Of a stretch of DNA of 64,000 nucleotides, positions 9,463-19,096 are shown piece by piece. The DNA lies in assembly GCA_963827235.1 (NCBI GenBank), contig CAWHAE010000012.1:1184001-1248000 (forward strand). Direction: 5' to 3'. The translations under genes and the position numbers were made by a program. Origin of the DNA: an uncultured bacterium. GTDB lineage: Bacteria > Chloroflexota > UBA5177 > JANWHV01. Below the pieces are notes generated by a model that saw only the letters and a program-made list of their open reading frames with translations, had not been told where the DNA came from and did no database searches. The stretch's first letter is position 1; the number at the start of each line of letters is the position of its first letter.

Positions 9463-10710
9463 GCACGGTCTCTGCTGTTCTTGGCACGGCAAGGCCGGTG
9501 ACGCGCGCCCTCTACGACGTAGCGCAGCTCCTGGAAGCGACCCAGAATGCCGAGACGCGCGTGCGAAGAGTGCTGACGCTGTTAGGGGAGATGGTTCCCT
9601 ACGACCAATGCGTGCTTCTCTGTGCCACAGAGGTGGCCATGCCCCGGATGACGTCGCTACCTCCTCTCGAAGAAGGCCCGGCGTCAGAGGTTAGCGCCGC
9701 GCTCGATAGCTTGTTGCAGTTGCTGAGGGAATCCGCGAGCGACCAGGCCGGTGCCGGCCTGCCGTCCTCCGCTGCGGGCGCTTTGAGCGGTGCATCTCAC
9801 CTGGCAGTACCGCTCGTCGCCTTGAACGAGGTGATCGGGATCCTGGCCGTGTGGCAGCGAGTCCCGGACGCCTACGGGGAAGTGGACGTGGGCCTGCTGT
9901 CGGTGGTTGCCGCGCAGCTTGCCTCCTACATGGCCGGACTCACGGCGCGCGATATGCTGGACCGCATGGTCGCAGCGGTGGCGCACGACCTCGGCAATCC
10001 GCTGATGAGTATCTCCGGTGTGAGCCAATTCCTGCAGCGGCACGTAGGACAACTGGGCGAGCCGGAGCGAGAACGATTTGCGCATGGCTTGAAGACCATC
10101 GAGACTACCACGTGGAGCATGACTACGCAACTCAACGAGCTGCTCGACTACGCGCGAGCGCAGACGGGTCGCTTGCTCGATCTGGACACCGAGCCTACCG
10201 ACGTCGTGGCGCTGCTTCGGCAGACAGTGGATGAATACCAGCGCTCGACCGAACGGCATACCCTGGTGCTGCAGACCGCCGAGGAGACGATTGTGACCAT
10301 GGTCGATCCGCGCCATCTGGGGCGTGCGGTCGCCAGTCTCCTCGTCAACGCCATCAAGTACAGTCCGGAGGGGGGACAGATCGTGGTCTCGGTCTCGCGG
10401 GCCGTCGGGATCCGACGGCCGGTGGTTGAGCATAACGATAGCCGACAATGGGCTCGGCATTCCTCGTGCCGACTTGCCGCACCTGTTTGAACAGTATTAC
10501 CGAGCCAGCAACGTAGCAACCACGATTCCCGGCTCCGGCATCGGACTTGCGAACGCTCGTCACACGATCGAGCGGCACAGCGGCACCATCACCATCGATA
10601 GTGCCGAGGGAGCGGGCACGACTGTCACCGTTCAACTGCCGCTGCTTCCGGCCGAGGTGCAGCCGACCTACGTCGCAGGCCAGGCAGCGATAGCGCCGGA
10701 ACAGGGCTGA
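9459..10710 (+). CDS. GAF-domain histidine kinase, split by a +1 frameshift at about 10407-10409 (pseudogene or sequence error)
   Basis: GAF (HLAVPLVALNEVIGIL), H-box (VAHDLGNPL) and N-box (LVNAIKYS) are in one frame. G1 (IADNGLGI), F-box (LFEQYYR) and G2 (GSGIGL) are in the next frame. Removing one G from gtcgggatcc restores VGSDGRWLSITIADNG. Confidence 0.85.
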
Positions 10711-10824
10711 TCGAGGACTGCTCCACGGCGTGCACCTGTGCAGCGGACCTCATCCTGCCGGGTGTTCTTCTTGAGGCGACGGCAGTCTTGCCTAAACCAC
10801 TCGCACCCCATTGCCGTGGCCGGC

Positions 10825-11274
10825 TCAATCGTCGGAAGCAGCCATCTCCGCGTTTGCGTCGGGCCACCGGGGCCCAAGGAAGCGGTGCAGCTGAAGCTCG
10901 AGATCGGAGAGATGAAACGGCTTGCGCATGACCACGTCCGCGCGGGCCGCCCGGGCCTGCAGCAGGTTTGCTTCGGTTATCAGGATGATTGGCGGCATCA
11001 CCGACCCATCAAGTGCGGCGTCCTGACGCAACATGGCTATCAGGGAGGCGCCGTTGAGATAGGGCAGCATCAAGTCGAGGATGAGCAAGGCAGGATGGTG
11101 CGCGCGCGCAAGCTCCAGCGCCTGCCGCCCGTGCAGGGCGATCAGCGGCGTGTAGCCCGCTTCGCGCACGATGAAGGCGACGGTCTCCGCCAGCGGCTCC
11201 TCGTCCTCCGCTATCAGCACCAGAGCCGGCTCCCGTGAATCCTGGGATGCTTGCGGGCTGGTCCTGCCGCTCAT
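10825..11274 (-). CDS. Stand-alone response regulator receiver, module B2
   Basis: LIAEDEE, LILDLMLP, ILIT and MRKPF, with no output domain. Paralog of 15260-15733. Confidence 0.88.
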   Translation of the reverse strand: MSGRTSPQASQDSREPALVLIAEDEEPLAETVAFIVREAGYTPLIALHGRQALELARAHHPALLILDLMLPYLNGASLIAMLRQDAALDGSVMPPIILITEANLLQARAARADVVMRKPFHLSDLELQLHRFLGPRWPDANAEMAASDD

Positions 11275-12959
11275 TCCTGCTCCTTGTTCGCTTCGCGGGC
11301 CATCGGCTGCCGGTCTCGTGCTACGGCGCGAGCGGGTGTGGCCGCTGACCGCGCCCGCGACCGCGCTGGGCCGGAATTCACCCTGCTCCCGCTCGATGCC
11401 TGCCAGTAATCCCGGCGCACTCTCCCCGGTCGAGCGCACCGCTATGCCCGCAGGCGCGGCTATCGTGAACTCGCGCAAACTGAGGTCGTGCGCCGAGAAT
11501 CGCATCTTGAGCACCGACAACACCCGGTAGAAGTGCCCGCGATAGATCACGCCCTGCAGCCACAGCACGTTCTCCGCGATGCCGCGAGCTCAGGTCCGTC
11601 TCCAGCTCCAGGTCCGACCCCGCAAGCGGGCCCGTCTCTTTCGTGAACAGCGCGCTGATCCGCCGCCGCTGCAGGGCGGCAATCAATGCCGAGAGGTAGT
11701 TCTGCACCCGCCGCGGACTGCTCCCTTCGCTCACCGCCCGCTCGACCACGGCGATGCTGTCGATGACCAGCCGCCGCGCCCCCGTGCCGTCGAGCGCACC
11801 CAGCAACTGGTCGGCCAGCGCGTCGGCATCCAGCTCTACCGCCGGATAGTGCAGCAGCGTCAGACCGCCTCCGGGCGCCAGCGCGGCCCGCAGCTCCTGG
11901 CCCAGGTTGAAGGCATCCGCCTTGAGCAGCAGCTGGCGCCGGTCCTCGTGAAACCCCAGGAACACTACCGGCTCGCCCGCCCGTACCCCGGCCAGGGCAA
12001 AGTGCAGGCCCAGCAGCGTCTTGCCTGAGCCCCCGCTGCCGATCACGATGGTGGTCGTGGCACGCGTCAGCCCACCCCCAAGCAGCGCATCCAGGGCCGG
12101 AAGGTCAAAGGTCGCCCGCTCGAGCGCTGCCGCCTCGACAGCCGCCGCCGGCTCGCCGTCGTCTCGGTCCGCCGCCGTCACGGCCTGGCGGCGCCTGTCG
12201 CACGACCCGGGCCTCCAGTCGCGGCGAGGTCACTACCCCCGCGCTACTCAGCTCCAGGCTGTGCAGACCCGACAGCGGCGTGGCACCCCGCGCCTTCACC
12301 ACCTCCAACCGCCGCCGCTGCCGCTCGCCGTCCACGCCAAAGTGCAGCCCGATGATCGTGTCCGCCGTCGTCGCCTCCGGAAAGAACTGCGGATCCCGAA
12401 TCTCCGCCTCGGCGGTGATGATGGTGGTCGTCTCCTGCGCGCTCAGCGTGGTGCCGACGTCGAACAGGAACTGCCGCCCTGCCAGCGGCTCCGCGTCGAC
12501 GGCCCGCATGCCGCTGAACCCGTCCAGCACCACCAGGCTCGCCCGCTCCGCCCGCACCAGATGGATCAGCGACTGGCTCGCTCCCGCCAGCCCGGCACTC
12601 AGAAACGGCTGCAGACTGAGCAGCTTCACCCGCTCGCCGATCAGCGTGGGATCGTAGAACGCGTAGGCACTCAGGTGCGCCAGCAGCTTGCTCGGCGCTT
12701 CCGACAGCACGCTGAAGATCAGCACCTGCCGCCCCGCCCGCGCCGCCGCCCAGGCCATCTGCAGGGCCAGCGTCGTCTTCCCCGAGCCCGGCGGCCCCAC
12801 CACGATCGCCAGTGTGCCGCGTGCCAGACCGCCGCCCAGAATCAGGTCGAGGTTCGGCACGCCGCTTGGGTCGACCACCCTCGGCGCCGCGTCCACGACC
12901 GTGCTCGACGTTACCTGCTTGAGCTCATGCATGTAGCCCTCCCCAGTCACTTCACAGCC
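11111..12959. repeat. Direct duplication, copy 2 (RR 5' part plus kaiC-like), partner of 15570-17415
   Basis: Aligns to 15570-17415 at an offset of about 4.46 kb. The kaiC core differs only by scattered substitutions and three 1-nt insertions. Confidence 0.92.
11271..12932 (-). pseudogene. KaiC-like double-domain ATPase, module B2, with three single-base insertions (about 12192, about 11584, 11322)
   Basis: Near-identical to 15730-17388. Length is 1662 vs 1659 nt. The protein is spread over ORFs 12105-12950, 11378-12181 and 10825-11568. It may be intact in vivo if the indels are assembly errors. Confidence 0.85.
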
Positions 12960-13125
12960 GTAGTGTGATTTGCCTCCTCCAACGTGGATGGCATGCTGGG
13001 TTTCCGCTCTGCCTCACCCCCGGGGAAGCACGAGAGCGATCGCGGTTCCGTGCCAGCCGTCTGCGCATGCCGCGGCCTTGCGCGGTGCACAGACTGCTTT
13101 CCACCCAGATAAGGAGCTTGGCCAT
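12947..13125 (-). pseudogene. Deletion remnant of a MerR-PAS histidine kinase gene (first 5 codons fused to the C-terminal tail)
   Basis: Reads MAKLL|IWVESS. The intact paralog starts MAKLLQE and ends HIWVERS...SWHGTVVAIVLP. The remnant has DGWHGTAIALVLP in a shifted frame. Junction at 13110/13111. Confidence 0.85.
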
Positions 13126-13228
13126 CCTGACTTCCCCCAGCTGTACGTGGTGACGCGCATCGGTGGCAACGGGCTCCGCGACTTGACTGAGCACCATTAT
13201 CCAGATGTACCTCACACCTAACTGTACA

Positions 13229-13306
13229 ATCATAGCAGCAACCAGGTACAATAGCCAGAGTCTATTGAGGCTATGTCTTGACACAGTGATTGGACCCGCC
13301 TATACT
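13229..13306. promoter_or_regulatory. Divergent sigma70-type promoter pair with CAATAG-N7-CTATTG palindrome (module B2)
   Basis: Plus strand: TTGACA(13278)-17-TATACT(13301). Minus strand: TGGCTA-17-TATGAT with an extended TG. Palindrome at 13249-13267. Confidence 0.7.
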
Positions 13307-13642
13307 CCAGACACCGCCCCGGCTCTCGCGCCGAAGACGCACCGAGAATGCAACGCGGTACAGCTCTGGGAGGCAGCCGTCAGGGCCTTGGCAGCCACTC
13401 CGAAGAGCGAAGCGGTCTCGGGGCGTGCAGGCCGTGGTGGAGACTCCCGCCACGAGGATCGTCGTGGCACCTGCCGGCATGGGGGCACCATACCGGAAAG
13501 TGATGCCAATCAAGGAGCGAAAACCGGCGACCATGCTTCGACAGCGCTCGGGACCGGCGACGACAACTGGACGCACTCACCGTTGGCGCCAGCAGCTCCA
13601 TTCTGGCTCGACTGCTCGCACGAGTATTCAAGGAGGCACGGC

Positions 13643-13990
13643 ATGCAGCACGGTAACGGTATCCATATTGAGAACAGCGAGCCGCAGAAGAGCGCCCTCG
13701 TCGACGGGCTGCTGCAAGACGGAATCGACCGCGCGGCATCCTGGCGAGCACGCCTACGGGAGTCGACGATGGCACGGCAGGCGGCCGAGCGTCGCTATGC
13801 CCGTGAGGGGTCGGCAGCAAGTGCCAACAGTCCCGAGTCCTCGGCCCTGGCCCGAGAACGAGCGGTTGTTCTCCGGATGGAGTTGACGCGCATCGTGGCC
13901 GAGGATCGGGCTTGGATGCAGCAGCATGGTGTCGAAATGCTCGAGCCTCTCACGCGCAAGCGCCGCTCAGAGAGAAGCACACAGCCTTAG
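13643..13990 (+). CDS. Hypothetical helical protein (115 aa)
   Basis: AAGGAGG RBS before ATG 13643, downstream of the consensus promoter at 13278-13306. No recognisable family. Confidence 0.5.
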   Translation: MQHGNGIHIENSEPQKSALVDGLLQDGIDRAASWRARLRESTMARQAAERRYAREGSAASANSPESSALARERAVVLRMELTRIVAEDRAWMQQHGVEMLEPLTRKRRSERSTQP

Positions 13991-14126
13991 AACGCAGTCC
14001 ACGGTTCTTCCGGCATCGATCTGAGCGCCCGGGCGTCGAACTCCGGTGGGCCCCTCGTGGCCACATCGCAGCCCGCCGGCCACGGGCGATCGCATGGAAT
14101 GCCCATTCGGAGAGCCGGCGCGTGCT

Positions 14127-15263
14127 CTATCGCGTACGGTCCCTCGCCTTTTCGCGTTTCTCCTGGTCACGCACGGTCTGCAATACGGGCTGCGGAGCCC
14201 GTCCGCGCAGCTCGCGCCAGGCTACCGTGCCCACCGCCTGCAACAAGCCGGCCAGCGGAGCAGCAAACAGAGCTCCCCAGATGCCGAACAGCTCGCTCCC
14301 CGCCACCAGGCCGATCAGCGCAGTTGCCGGATGGATGCCGACGGCCTTGCCCATCACGCGCGGGCCCACGATATCACCCTCGATGACGTGCACGACGGCG
14401 AAATAGGCAAGGACCACGAGCGAGAGAACCCAGCCCTGGAAGAACGCGACCAGGACGCATACGGCGCCGGAAACGAGCACGCCGATGATCGGAATGAACT
14501 CCATGAAGAAGGCGAGGACGCCCAGCAAGATGGCATAGGGGACGTGGAGGATCGACATCCCGCCGCCAACCAGTATTCCGATGAGCAGCGCCATGGTCAA
14601 CGTGCCGCGTATGTAGCCGCCCACCACCTGGTTCACAATACCGATCAGCTGGGTTGTGCGCTCGCGATATGCCCCGGGCGTCTCGCGGCGCAACCGCTGG
14701 GATATGCGTGGGCCGTTAGCCGTGAGATAGACACTGAGAATCAGAATGAGAATCATGTCGATGACCGTGTTGACGATCCCGGAGACGATTCCCAACGATT
14801 GCGTTGCAGCGGCCGTGCCCGTGCTCTGGAGATAGGTAATCGCCTGCTGCTGCGTGTGGTCGAGCTTCGCTTGAGTAACCCCGAAGGGTTTGAGCGCCGT
14901 AAGGAGCTGCGGCTCGAAGCGCTTGAGCTGAAGCTGGTATTTCGGCAGGTTGTCGACCAAGCTTGTGACCTGGTTTGCCGCCGTGTCCACGATCAGCGCG
15001 AGCAGCCCGAGAATCACGGCGAAGCCAAGCACGTAGGCCGCGGCAATCGCCAGCGGCCGCGGCATCCAGCGCGCCAACACCTTGACCAGCGGCGTGAGCG
15101 CGAACGCCACGATGCCGCCGAGCAGCAGCACCAGGATGGTCTTGGTGACGTGGGCGAGCAGCCATACGCCGACCACGAGCACGCCGGCCCAGGCCAGGAT
15201 GATCAGCGGCAGGTACAGCGCGCGCTGCCATGCCGCGGGCACCTTGTCAGTATCGGCGCTCAT
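14127..15263 (-). CDS. AI-2E family (PerM/YtvI-like) membrane transporter
   Basis: Multi-TM protein with AFALTPLV, GGYIRG, FIPIIG, IEGDIVGPRVMGKAVGIHP and FGIWGALFAAP. Start overlaps the receiver stop codon. Confidence 0.92.
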   Translation of the reverse strand: MSADTDKVPAAWQRALYLPLIILAWAGVLVVGVWLLAHVTKTILVLLLGGIVAFALTPLVKVLARWMPRPLAIAAAYVLGFAVILGLLALIVDTAANQVTSLVDNLPKYQLQLKRFEPQLLTALKPFGVTQAKLDHTQQQAITYLQSTGTAAATQSLGIVSGIVNTVIDMILILILSVYLTANGPRISQRLRRETPGAYRERTTQLIGIVNQVVGGYIRGTLTMALLIGILVGGGMSILHVPYAILLGVLAFFMEFIPIIGVLVSGAVCVLVAFFQGWVLSLVVLAYFAVVHVIEGDIVGPRVMGKAVGIHPATALIGLVAGSELFGIWGALFAAPLAGLLQAVGTVAWRELRGRAPQPVLQTVRDQEKREKARDRTR

Positions 15264-15733
15264 CGTGATTCAGGGTGCCGATCCGACTGATCGTCCGCGG
15301 ACACCGGGCCCGTCGCGGCAGTGGGTTCGGGTGCCAGGAAGCGCCGCAGCACGACCTCCAGATCCTCAAGATGGAACGGCTTGCGCAGCACCGTGTCGGC
15401 ACCGGCCGCCCGAGCGCGGGGAAGGCTGGCGCCGGTCATCACGACGATCGGCGGCGCGCTCGTGCCGTCGCCCTTGGCATCCGCTCGCAACGCGGCAATG
15501 ACGGCCTCGCCATCCAGGTACGGCAGCATCAGGTCGAGGATGAGCAGCGCCGGACGCCGTGCCCGTGCGAGCTCCAGCGCCTCTCGCCCGTGCAGGGCGA
15601 TCAGCGGCGTGTAGCCCGCTTCGCGCACGATGAAGGCGACGGTCTCCGCCAGCGGCTCCTCGTCGTCGGCGATCAGCACCACGGCCGCCTCCCGTGCATC
15701 CTGGGATGCTTGCGTGCTGGTCGTGCCGCTCAT
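15260..15733 (-). CDS. Stand-alone response regulator receiver, module B1
   Basis: LIADDEE, LILDLMLP, VMTG and LRKPF. ATGA overlap with kaiC. Confidence 0.9.
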   Translation of the reverse strand: MSGTTSTQASQDAREAAVVLIADDEEPLAETVAFIVREAGYTPLIALHGREALELARARRPALLILDLMLPYLDGEAVIAALRADAKGDGTSAPPIVVMTGASLPRARAAGADTVLRKPFHLEDLEVVLRRFLAPEPTAATGPVSADDQSDRHPESR

Positions 15734-17415
15734 GCCTGCTCCCTGTTCGCTTCGCGGGCCATCGCTTGCCGGTCTCGTGCACGGCGCGAGCGGGTGTGGC
15801 CGCTGACCGCGCCCGCGACCGCGCTGGGCCGGAATTCACCCTGCTCCCGCTCGATGCTCGCCAGCAATCCCGGCGCACTCTCCAGCGGACCGCGCACGGC
15901 AATGCCGGCGGGCGCGGCTATCGTGAACTCGCGCAGCGTGAGGTCGTGTGGCGAGTACCGCATCTTGAGCACCGACAACACCCGGTACAGCCGCCCGCGC
16001 AAGATCACGGCCTGCAGCCACACCACGTTCTCCGCTACACCCGAGCTCAGGTCCGTCTCCAGCTCCAGGTCGGACCCGGCAAGCGGGCCGGTCTCCTTCG
16101 TGAACAGCGCGCTGATCCGCCGCCGCTGCAGGGCGGCAATCAATGCCGAGAGGTAGTTCTGCACCCGCCGCGGACTGCTCCCTTCGCTCACCGCCCGCTC
16201 GACCACGGCGATGCTGTCGATGACCAGCCGCCGCGCCCCCGTGCCGTCGAGCGCACCCAGCAACTGGTCGGCCAGCGCGTCGGCATCCAGCTCTACCGCC
16301 GGATAGTGCAGCAACGTCAGACCGCCTCCGGGCGCCAGCGCGGCCCGCAGCTCCTGGCCCAGGTTGAAGGCATCCGCCTTGAGCAGCAGCTGGCGCCGGT
16401 CCTCGTGAAACCCCAGGAACACCACCGGCTCGCCCGCCCGTACCCCGGCCAGGGCAAAGTGCAGGCCCAGCAGCGTCTTGCCTGAGCCCCCGCTCCCGAT
16501 CACGATCGTGGTCGTGGCACGCGTCAGCCCACCCCCAAGCAGCGCATCCAGGGCCGGAAGGTCAAAGGTCGCCCGCTCGAGCGCTGCCGCCTCGACAGCC
16601 GCCGCCGGCTCGCCGTCGTCTCGGTCCGCCGCCGTCACGGCCTGGCGGGCCTGGCGCACGACCCGGGCCTCCAGTCGCGGCGAGGTCACTACCCCCGCGG
16701 CACTCAGCTCCAGGCTGTGCAGACCCGACAGCGGCGTGGCACCCCGCGCCTTCACCACCTCCAACCGCCGCCGCTGCCGCTCGCCGTCCACGCCAAAGTG
16801 CAGCCCGATGATCGTGTCCGCCGTCGTCGCCTCCGGAAAGAACCGCGGATCCCGAATCTCCGCCTCGGCGGTGATGATGGTGGTCGTCTCCTGCGCGCTC
16901 AGCGTGGTGCCCACGTCGAACAGGAACTGCCGCCCTGCCAGCGGCTCCGCGTCGACGGCCCGCATGCCGCTGAACCCGTCCAGCACCACCAAGCTGGCCC
17001 GCTCCGCCCGCACCAGATGGATCAGCGACTGGCTCGCTCCCGCCAGCCCGGCACTCAGAAACGGCTGCAGGCTGAGCAGCTTCACCCGCTCGCCGATCAG
17101 CGTGGGATCGTAGAACGCGTAGGCACTCAGGTGCGCCAGCAGCTTGCTCGGCGCTTCCGACAGCACGCTGAAGATCAGCACCTGCCGCCCCGCCCGCGCC
17201 GCCGCCCAGGCCATCTGCAGGGCCAGCGTCGTCTTCCCCGAGCCCGGCGGCCCCACCACGATCGCCAGTGTGCCGCGTGCCAGACCGCCGCCCAGAATCA
17301 GGTCGAGGTTCGGCACGCCGCTTGGGTCGACCACCCTCGGCGCCGCGTCCACGACCGTGCTCGACGTTACCTGCTTGAGCTCATGCATGTAGTCCTCCCC
17401 AGTCACTTCACAGCC
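15570..17415. repeat. Direct duplication, copy 1
   Basis: Partner of 11111-12959. Confidence 0.92.
15730..17388 (-). CDS. Double-domain KaiC-like ATPase, module B1 (552 aa)
   Basis: Start MHELKQ after GGGGAGG. P-loops GPPGSGKT and GSGGSGKT, Walker B LVVLDG and LVIDS, KxR motifs VVKARG and VLKMRY, and SSGVAEN at the phospho-site region. Confidence 0.92.
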   Translation of the reverse strand: MHELKQVTSSTVVDAAPRVVDPSGVPNLDLILGGGLARGTLAIVVGPPGSGKTTLALQMAWAAARAGRQVLIFSVLSEAPSKLLAHLSAYAFYDPTLIGERVKLLSLQPFLSAGLAGASQSLIHLVRAERASLVVLDGFSGMRAVDAEPLAGRQFLFDVGTTLSAQETTTIITAEAEIRDPRFFPEATTADTIIGLHFGVDGERQRRRLEVVKARGATPLSGLHSLELSAAGVVTSPRLEARVVRQARQAVTAADRDDGEPAAAVEAAALERATFDLPALDALLGGGLTRATTTIVIGSGGSGKTLLGLHFALAGVRAGEPVVFLGFHEDRRQLLLKADAFNLGQELRAALAPGGGLTLLHYPAVELDADALADQLLGALDGTGARRLVIDSIAVVERAVSEGSSPRRVQNYLSALIAALQRRRISALFTKETGPLAGSDLELETDLSSGVAENVVWLQAVILRGRLYRVLSVLKMRYSPHDLTLREFTIAAPAGIAVRGPLESAPGLLASIEREQGEFRPSAVAGAVSGHTRSRRARDRQAMAREANREQA

Positions 17416-18992
17416 ATGGCGCTCGTCACGGCCATGCCGCTCGTCACGGCCGTCTTCTGCCCTGCCCGTTTCGACGTACCGAGCATGCCCGGCTTCTGCG
17501 CTTCTCCGCCCAGGGGAAGCACGATCGCTACCACGGTCCCGTGCCAGCTGCTCGCCGAATCTTCCGCGTCGACAGCGGGCACACTCCGTTCCACCCAGAT
17601 GTGGCCGCCGTGCGCGGACACGATGGCCCGGCACACGTACAGGCCAAGCCCTGCACCCCGTGTCCCGGTCTCGGCATCGGGCGCCCGCCAGTAGCGATCG
17701 AACACGTGCGGCAGGGCGGCCGGCGCGATGCCTATGCCCGTATCCGCCACGCGCACCCACGCCCAGCCGCCGGCCTCATCCGGCGCCGCGTCCTTCGTCA
17801 CCGCCCCGTCGGCCGTCTGCACGGGCGGCGCTGCCGCCATCTCAAGTCGCACCTCGATCGTACCCCCGTCCGGTGAGTACTTGATCGCGTTGCTCAACAG
17901 ATTGTCTAGCACCTGTCGCAGCCGGATGCGATCGCCGGCCACCATCAGCGGTCCAGGCGGCCCCGCGACCGTGACCCGGTGCCGCGACGTCTGCTGCAGC
18001 GCATCTTCGGCCGCCTGCAGCGCCATTGCCGTCAGGTCCACGCCTTCCGGATCCAGGTCGTGAATGAGCAGTCCCTTGGTGGCCCGGGACGCGTCCAGCA
18101 CGGTCTGCATCACCCGAATCAGGTGCTCCGTGCTGCGCTCAGCGACAGCCAGGTGGTGCATGACCTGCTGTGTCGCCGCCTCGTCCCCCGCGCGCAGCCT
18201 GGCGCCGACATGGCGGGCCAGTTGCAGTCGCCCCAGAATGGTGGTCACCGGGTTGCGCAGATCATGCGCCGCCACCGCGAGCCAGTCCTCGGGCAGCAGA
18301 GAGGCATCCGGCGGCATCACGCGGCCCACGCCCACGGCGCCCGTAGACTGGCCCTCCTCGTCCCGCAGCGGTGTGACCGTCCACGACGTCTGCAATTGCT
18401 CGCCTGTCGCGCCGGGCAGCAGCAGCGTTACGTCCCGGTGCCGCGTGCCGGTCTGCGCGGCCCAGCGCAGCGGCAGCGTCTCCAGCGCGAGCGGCGGCAG
18501 CTCGCCGTCGAGGGAGCGCGCGGGTACGTCCGCTTCAAGATGCTCCGGCTCCAGGTGCAGCAGTGCCCGCAGGGCCGGATTCATCGAGGTAACACGTCCT
18601 TCGCGGTCTCCCACGACCACGAGGTCGGCCATTCCCGCGACCACCGCCTGCCAGTATGCCGCATCGCTCATCACCGCCGGTCCGTCGGCGCCCGGCAGGC
18701 CCGCGTAGTCCTCGGGTCCGGGCACCAGGGCGCCGCTGTCGAGCTCCTTCGCCACACGGCGCAGACTGCCCCGCCGCCCCGGCTTCAGCAGGGAGCGCGC
18801 GATGAGCCGCACGCGCGCCATGTCGTCGATCGAATACAAGCGCGTTGCCCTGGGCGATCGCAGGGGCCGCAGGATTCCGGCGTCCTCCCAGGAGCGCAGC
18901 CGCGGCGGCGGCACTCCGGTGAACGCCGCGACGTCGGCTATGAGGAAGGTGGCTTTCTGCTCGAGCACCGTCTCCTGAAGGAGCTTGGCCAT
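17403..18992 (-). CDS. Soluble histidine kinase with N-terminal MerR-type HTH and PAS domain
   Basis: MerR wHTH: FLIADVAAFTGVPPPRLRSWEDAGILRPLRSPRATRLYSIDDMARVRLI. PAS: DLVVVGDREGRVTSMNPA...VTPLRDEEGQSTGAVG. H-box AAHDLRNP, N-box LLSNAIKYS, G1 DTGIGI, G2 GAGLGL. No TM segment. Confidence 0.92.
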   Translation of the reverse strand: MAKLLQETVLEQKATFLIADVAAFTGVPPPRLRSWEDAGILRPLRSPRATRLYSIDDMARVRLIARSLLKPGRRGSLRRVAKELDSGALVPGPEDYAGLPGADGPAVMSDAAYWQAVVAGMADLVVVGDREGRVTSMNPALRALLHLEPEHLEADVPARSLDGELPPLALETLPLRWAAQTGTRHRDVTLLLPGATGEQLQTSWTVTPLRDEEGQSTGAVGVGRVMPPDASLLPEDWLAVAAHDLRNPVTTILGRLQLARHVGARLRAGDEAATQQVMHHLAVAERSTEHLIRVMQTVLDASRATKGLLIHDLDPEGVDLTAMALQAAEDALQQTSRHRVTVAGPPGPLMVAGDRIRLRQVLDNLLSNAIKYSPDGGTIEVRLEMAAAPPVQTADGAVTKDAAPDEAGGWAWVRVADTGIGIAPAALPHVFDRYWRAPDAETGTRGAGLGLYVCRAIVSAHGGHIWVERSVPAVDAEDSASSWHGTVVAIVLPLGGEAQKPGMLGTSKRAGQKTAVTSGMAVTSAMAVK

Positions 18993-19096
18993 CTTGCACT
19001 CTCCTGTTTTGTGTGTGCAGACACGTGACCCGCGTGCACTGCCCTCGAACGAGTCTCCTCGCCATTGTCCAGATGAGCTTCAGACCTATACCATCC

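Noticed and set aside
10825-11568. Genuine KaiC-receiver fusion protein (ORF-track 247 aa)
   Set aside because: It arises only from the extra base at 11322. Copy B1 shows separate genes with an ATGA overlap, and the same ATGA and RBS are retained here.
7972-17388. Canonical circadian clock (kaiABC)
   Set aside because: No kaiA or kaiB is present. The N-domain EE is replaced by SE in all copies, and the B-type lacks the T432 equivalent. The kaiC symbol was therefore not assigned.
17403-17452. 18-bp tandem repeat at the kinase C-terminus (AVTSGM-AVTSAM-AVK)
   Set aside because: It is real, but most likely a neutral slippage duplication in a disordered tail. It is absent from the B2 remnant.
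17389-17760. N-terminal extension of kaiC (676-aa ORF), and likewise the 570-aa version of the isomerase (27713-29425)
   Set aside because: The extensions overlap the upstream kinase and carA respectively. Good RBS-linked starts exist at 17388 and 28573.
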